Source: Cystobasidiomycetes sp. EMM_F5 (lineage: Eukaryota). From it: a stretch of DNA of 64,000 nucleotides. Below are positions 62,922 through 64,000 of the stretch, one piece after another. How positions within the stretch are numbered: position 1 is the stretch's first letter; each line of letters begins with the position of its first letter. A program made the translations under genes and the position numbers. The notes under the pieces are model-generated. The model was given only the letters and a program-made list of their open reading frames with translations. It was not told where the DNA came from and did not search any database. The stretch is from positions 62,001 through 126,000 of the forward strand of contig JBPGPT010000022.1 in the NCBI GenBank assembly GCA_051047955.1, in the 5' to 3' direction.

Positions 62922-63308
62922 TTGCCAGTCACCTAGACATCTGATGAGAAGCCTAATCACGCAAGCAAAACTGCTCGACCGACACGAACATCATACCCAT
63001 TGATACTATTAGCATTATAATCGATTGACATATACACGTCGCATCATACATTTTCATTATCTAATTTGTATTGCATACTGTTAGCGTGTTGTGTTTTGCG
63101 TCGCGGAAGATACAGGGTTGCTGCCCTTGCATACCTTTGTGACCTCCACGATTTCGTTGTCTATGTTCTTTGTGGCGTGGATCGTCAAATTGCCGCATTA
63201 CCCGGTCACGACAATGACGCGCTGCAAGAACCGCGATGCGCACAACCAAGCGTGGGAAACTTCTTGAGCTTGTACTTGTGCACAACCCAGCATAATCACT
63301 TAGGAGTC

Positions 63309-63992
63309 ATGCCCTCAGACAAAGAAATCATTGCTCAGAATGTAAGAGAAGGATTCATTTTGAGGCGCAAGATGTATATTCTGACGTTATAGACTAGGCG
63401 CAGGAGCTTGAGAACAAGTCGCGATGGGATAGACCGGAGAAGTTCTCGGACCGCGACACGGCAATGTCGGATGAGAGTGGGATTAGCGACAGTCGGGTAG
63501 CTAGCTCGTTTGAAGGCGCGACCTTCTCGACTGGCCGTACTGGACAGACGGGCGGTGGGGAGAATCCGGTGCGTCCGGGTCCTGTCCGCCTTTGCATGTC
63601 ATGGTGCTGCTGACATTGTCTACTTTAACAAACAGCAACTCATCCCGCCCGAGGAAGGTGGAGAGGGCAGATCTGGAACGTCTTCCGCGATCTACGAAGA
63701 TGCAAGAGGGTGAGCTCATCTTGACTCTCTCCTACTTCACTCAGCCGGATCACTGACGATATTCCGTGTTCCGATAGCGGAAAGGAGGATATCAAAGCCG
63801 ACATTGCTCGGAATGACCCATCAGTCAATCGTCAAGGCGACAATGTGAGAAGAGAAGGTGGTGTCCCTGGAGCTAGACCTCCTCAGGAACTGACAGATGT
63901 AAGCGAGCGTGCGTCTTTCCTAACGAGGACGTCGACGTTGAGATTACAAACAATCTCCGCAGGATCAGCTGGAAGGAGCTCGTTCCGGTTAG
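63309..63992 (+). CDS. Small hydrophilic Gly/Asp/Glu-rich protein (hydrophilin-like), 5 exons, about 142 aa
   Basis: GT-AG splicing gives MPSDKEIIAQN | AQELENKSRW...DESGISD...FEGATFSTG...GGGENP | QLIPPEEGG...DARG | GKEDIKA...ELTD | DQLEGARSG*. Not captured as a whole by the ORF track. Confidence 0.72.
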
Positions 63993-64000
63993 GATACGCC

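Noticed and set aside
1..64000. Apparent frameshifts and fragmented ORFs suggesting pseudogenes or recoding; search for tRNA, rRNA and transposons
   Set aside because: The breaks I examined are explained by spliceosomal introns. No cloverleaf, rRNA, transposase/RT ORF, LTR or TIR was recognised by eye.

Overview
Gene-dense, intron-rich fungal nuclear DNA. It is a basidiomycete, probably Ustilaginomycotina-like, inferred from intron style and protein families rather than a database search. About 26 spliced protein-coding genes can be reconstructed by hand, and most entries in the ORF track are exon fragments or shadow ORFs. In order: CobW/Zng1 GTPase (5' truncated), BTG/Tob-domain protein, conserved His-motif protein, COA1, large mitochondrial PPR protein, PP2C (PTC1), long basic disordered protein, TM-anchored nucleoporin-like protein, two tandem secreted DPBB (expansin/loosenin-like) paralogues, Zn-finger/Rrn10-like protein head-to-head with RRP43, SMC5, AXL2-like CADG protein, IDH2 head-to-head with IDH1, myosin-motor chitin synthase, TPR protein, TBCC, two disordered hypothetical proteins, GRAM-VASt sterol transporter, NUP42/AMO1, TMEM135-like protein, an aquaporin with a non-canonical ar/R filter, and a small hydrophilin-like gene. 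I recognised no tRNA, rRNA, CRISPR array or intact transposon. The most notable observations are: a CCCH finger built from 8/23/26/2-nt exons with a GC-AG intron, the IDH1/IDH2 bidirectional pair, long AG-free introns (one a structured snoRNA candidate), the DPBB duplicate pair with a probable gene-conversion tract, a POM121/Nup1-like architecture, and the aquaporin plus hydrophilin locus. Exon boundaries were inferred by eye from GT/GC-AG signals and reading-frame continuity.
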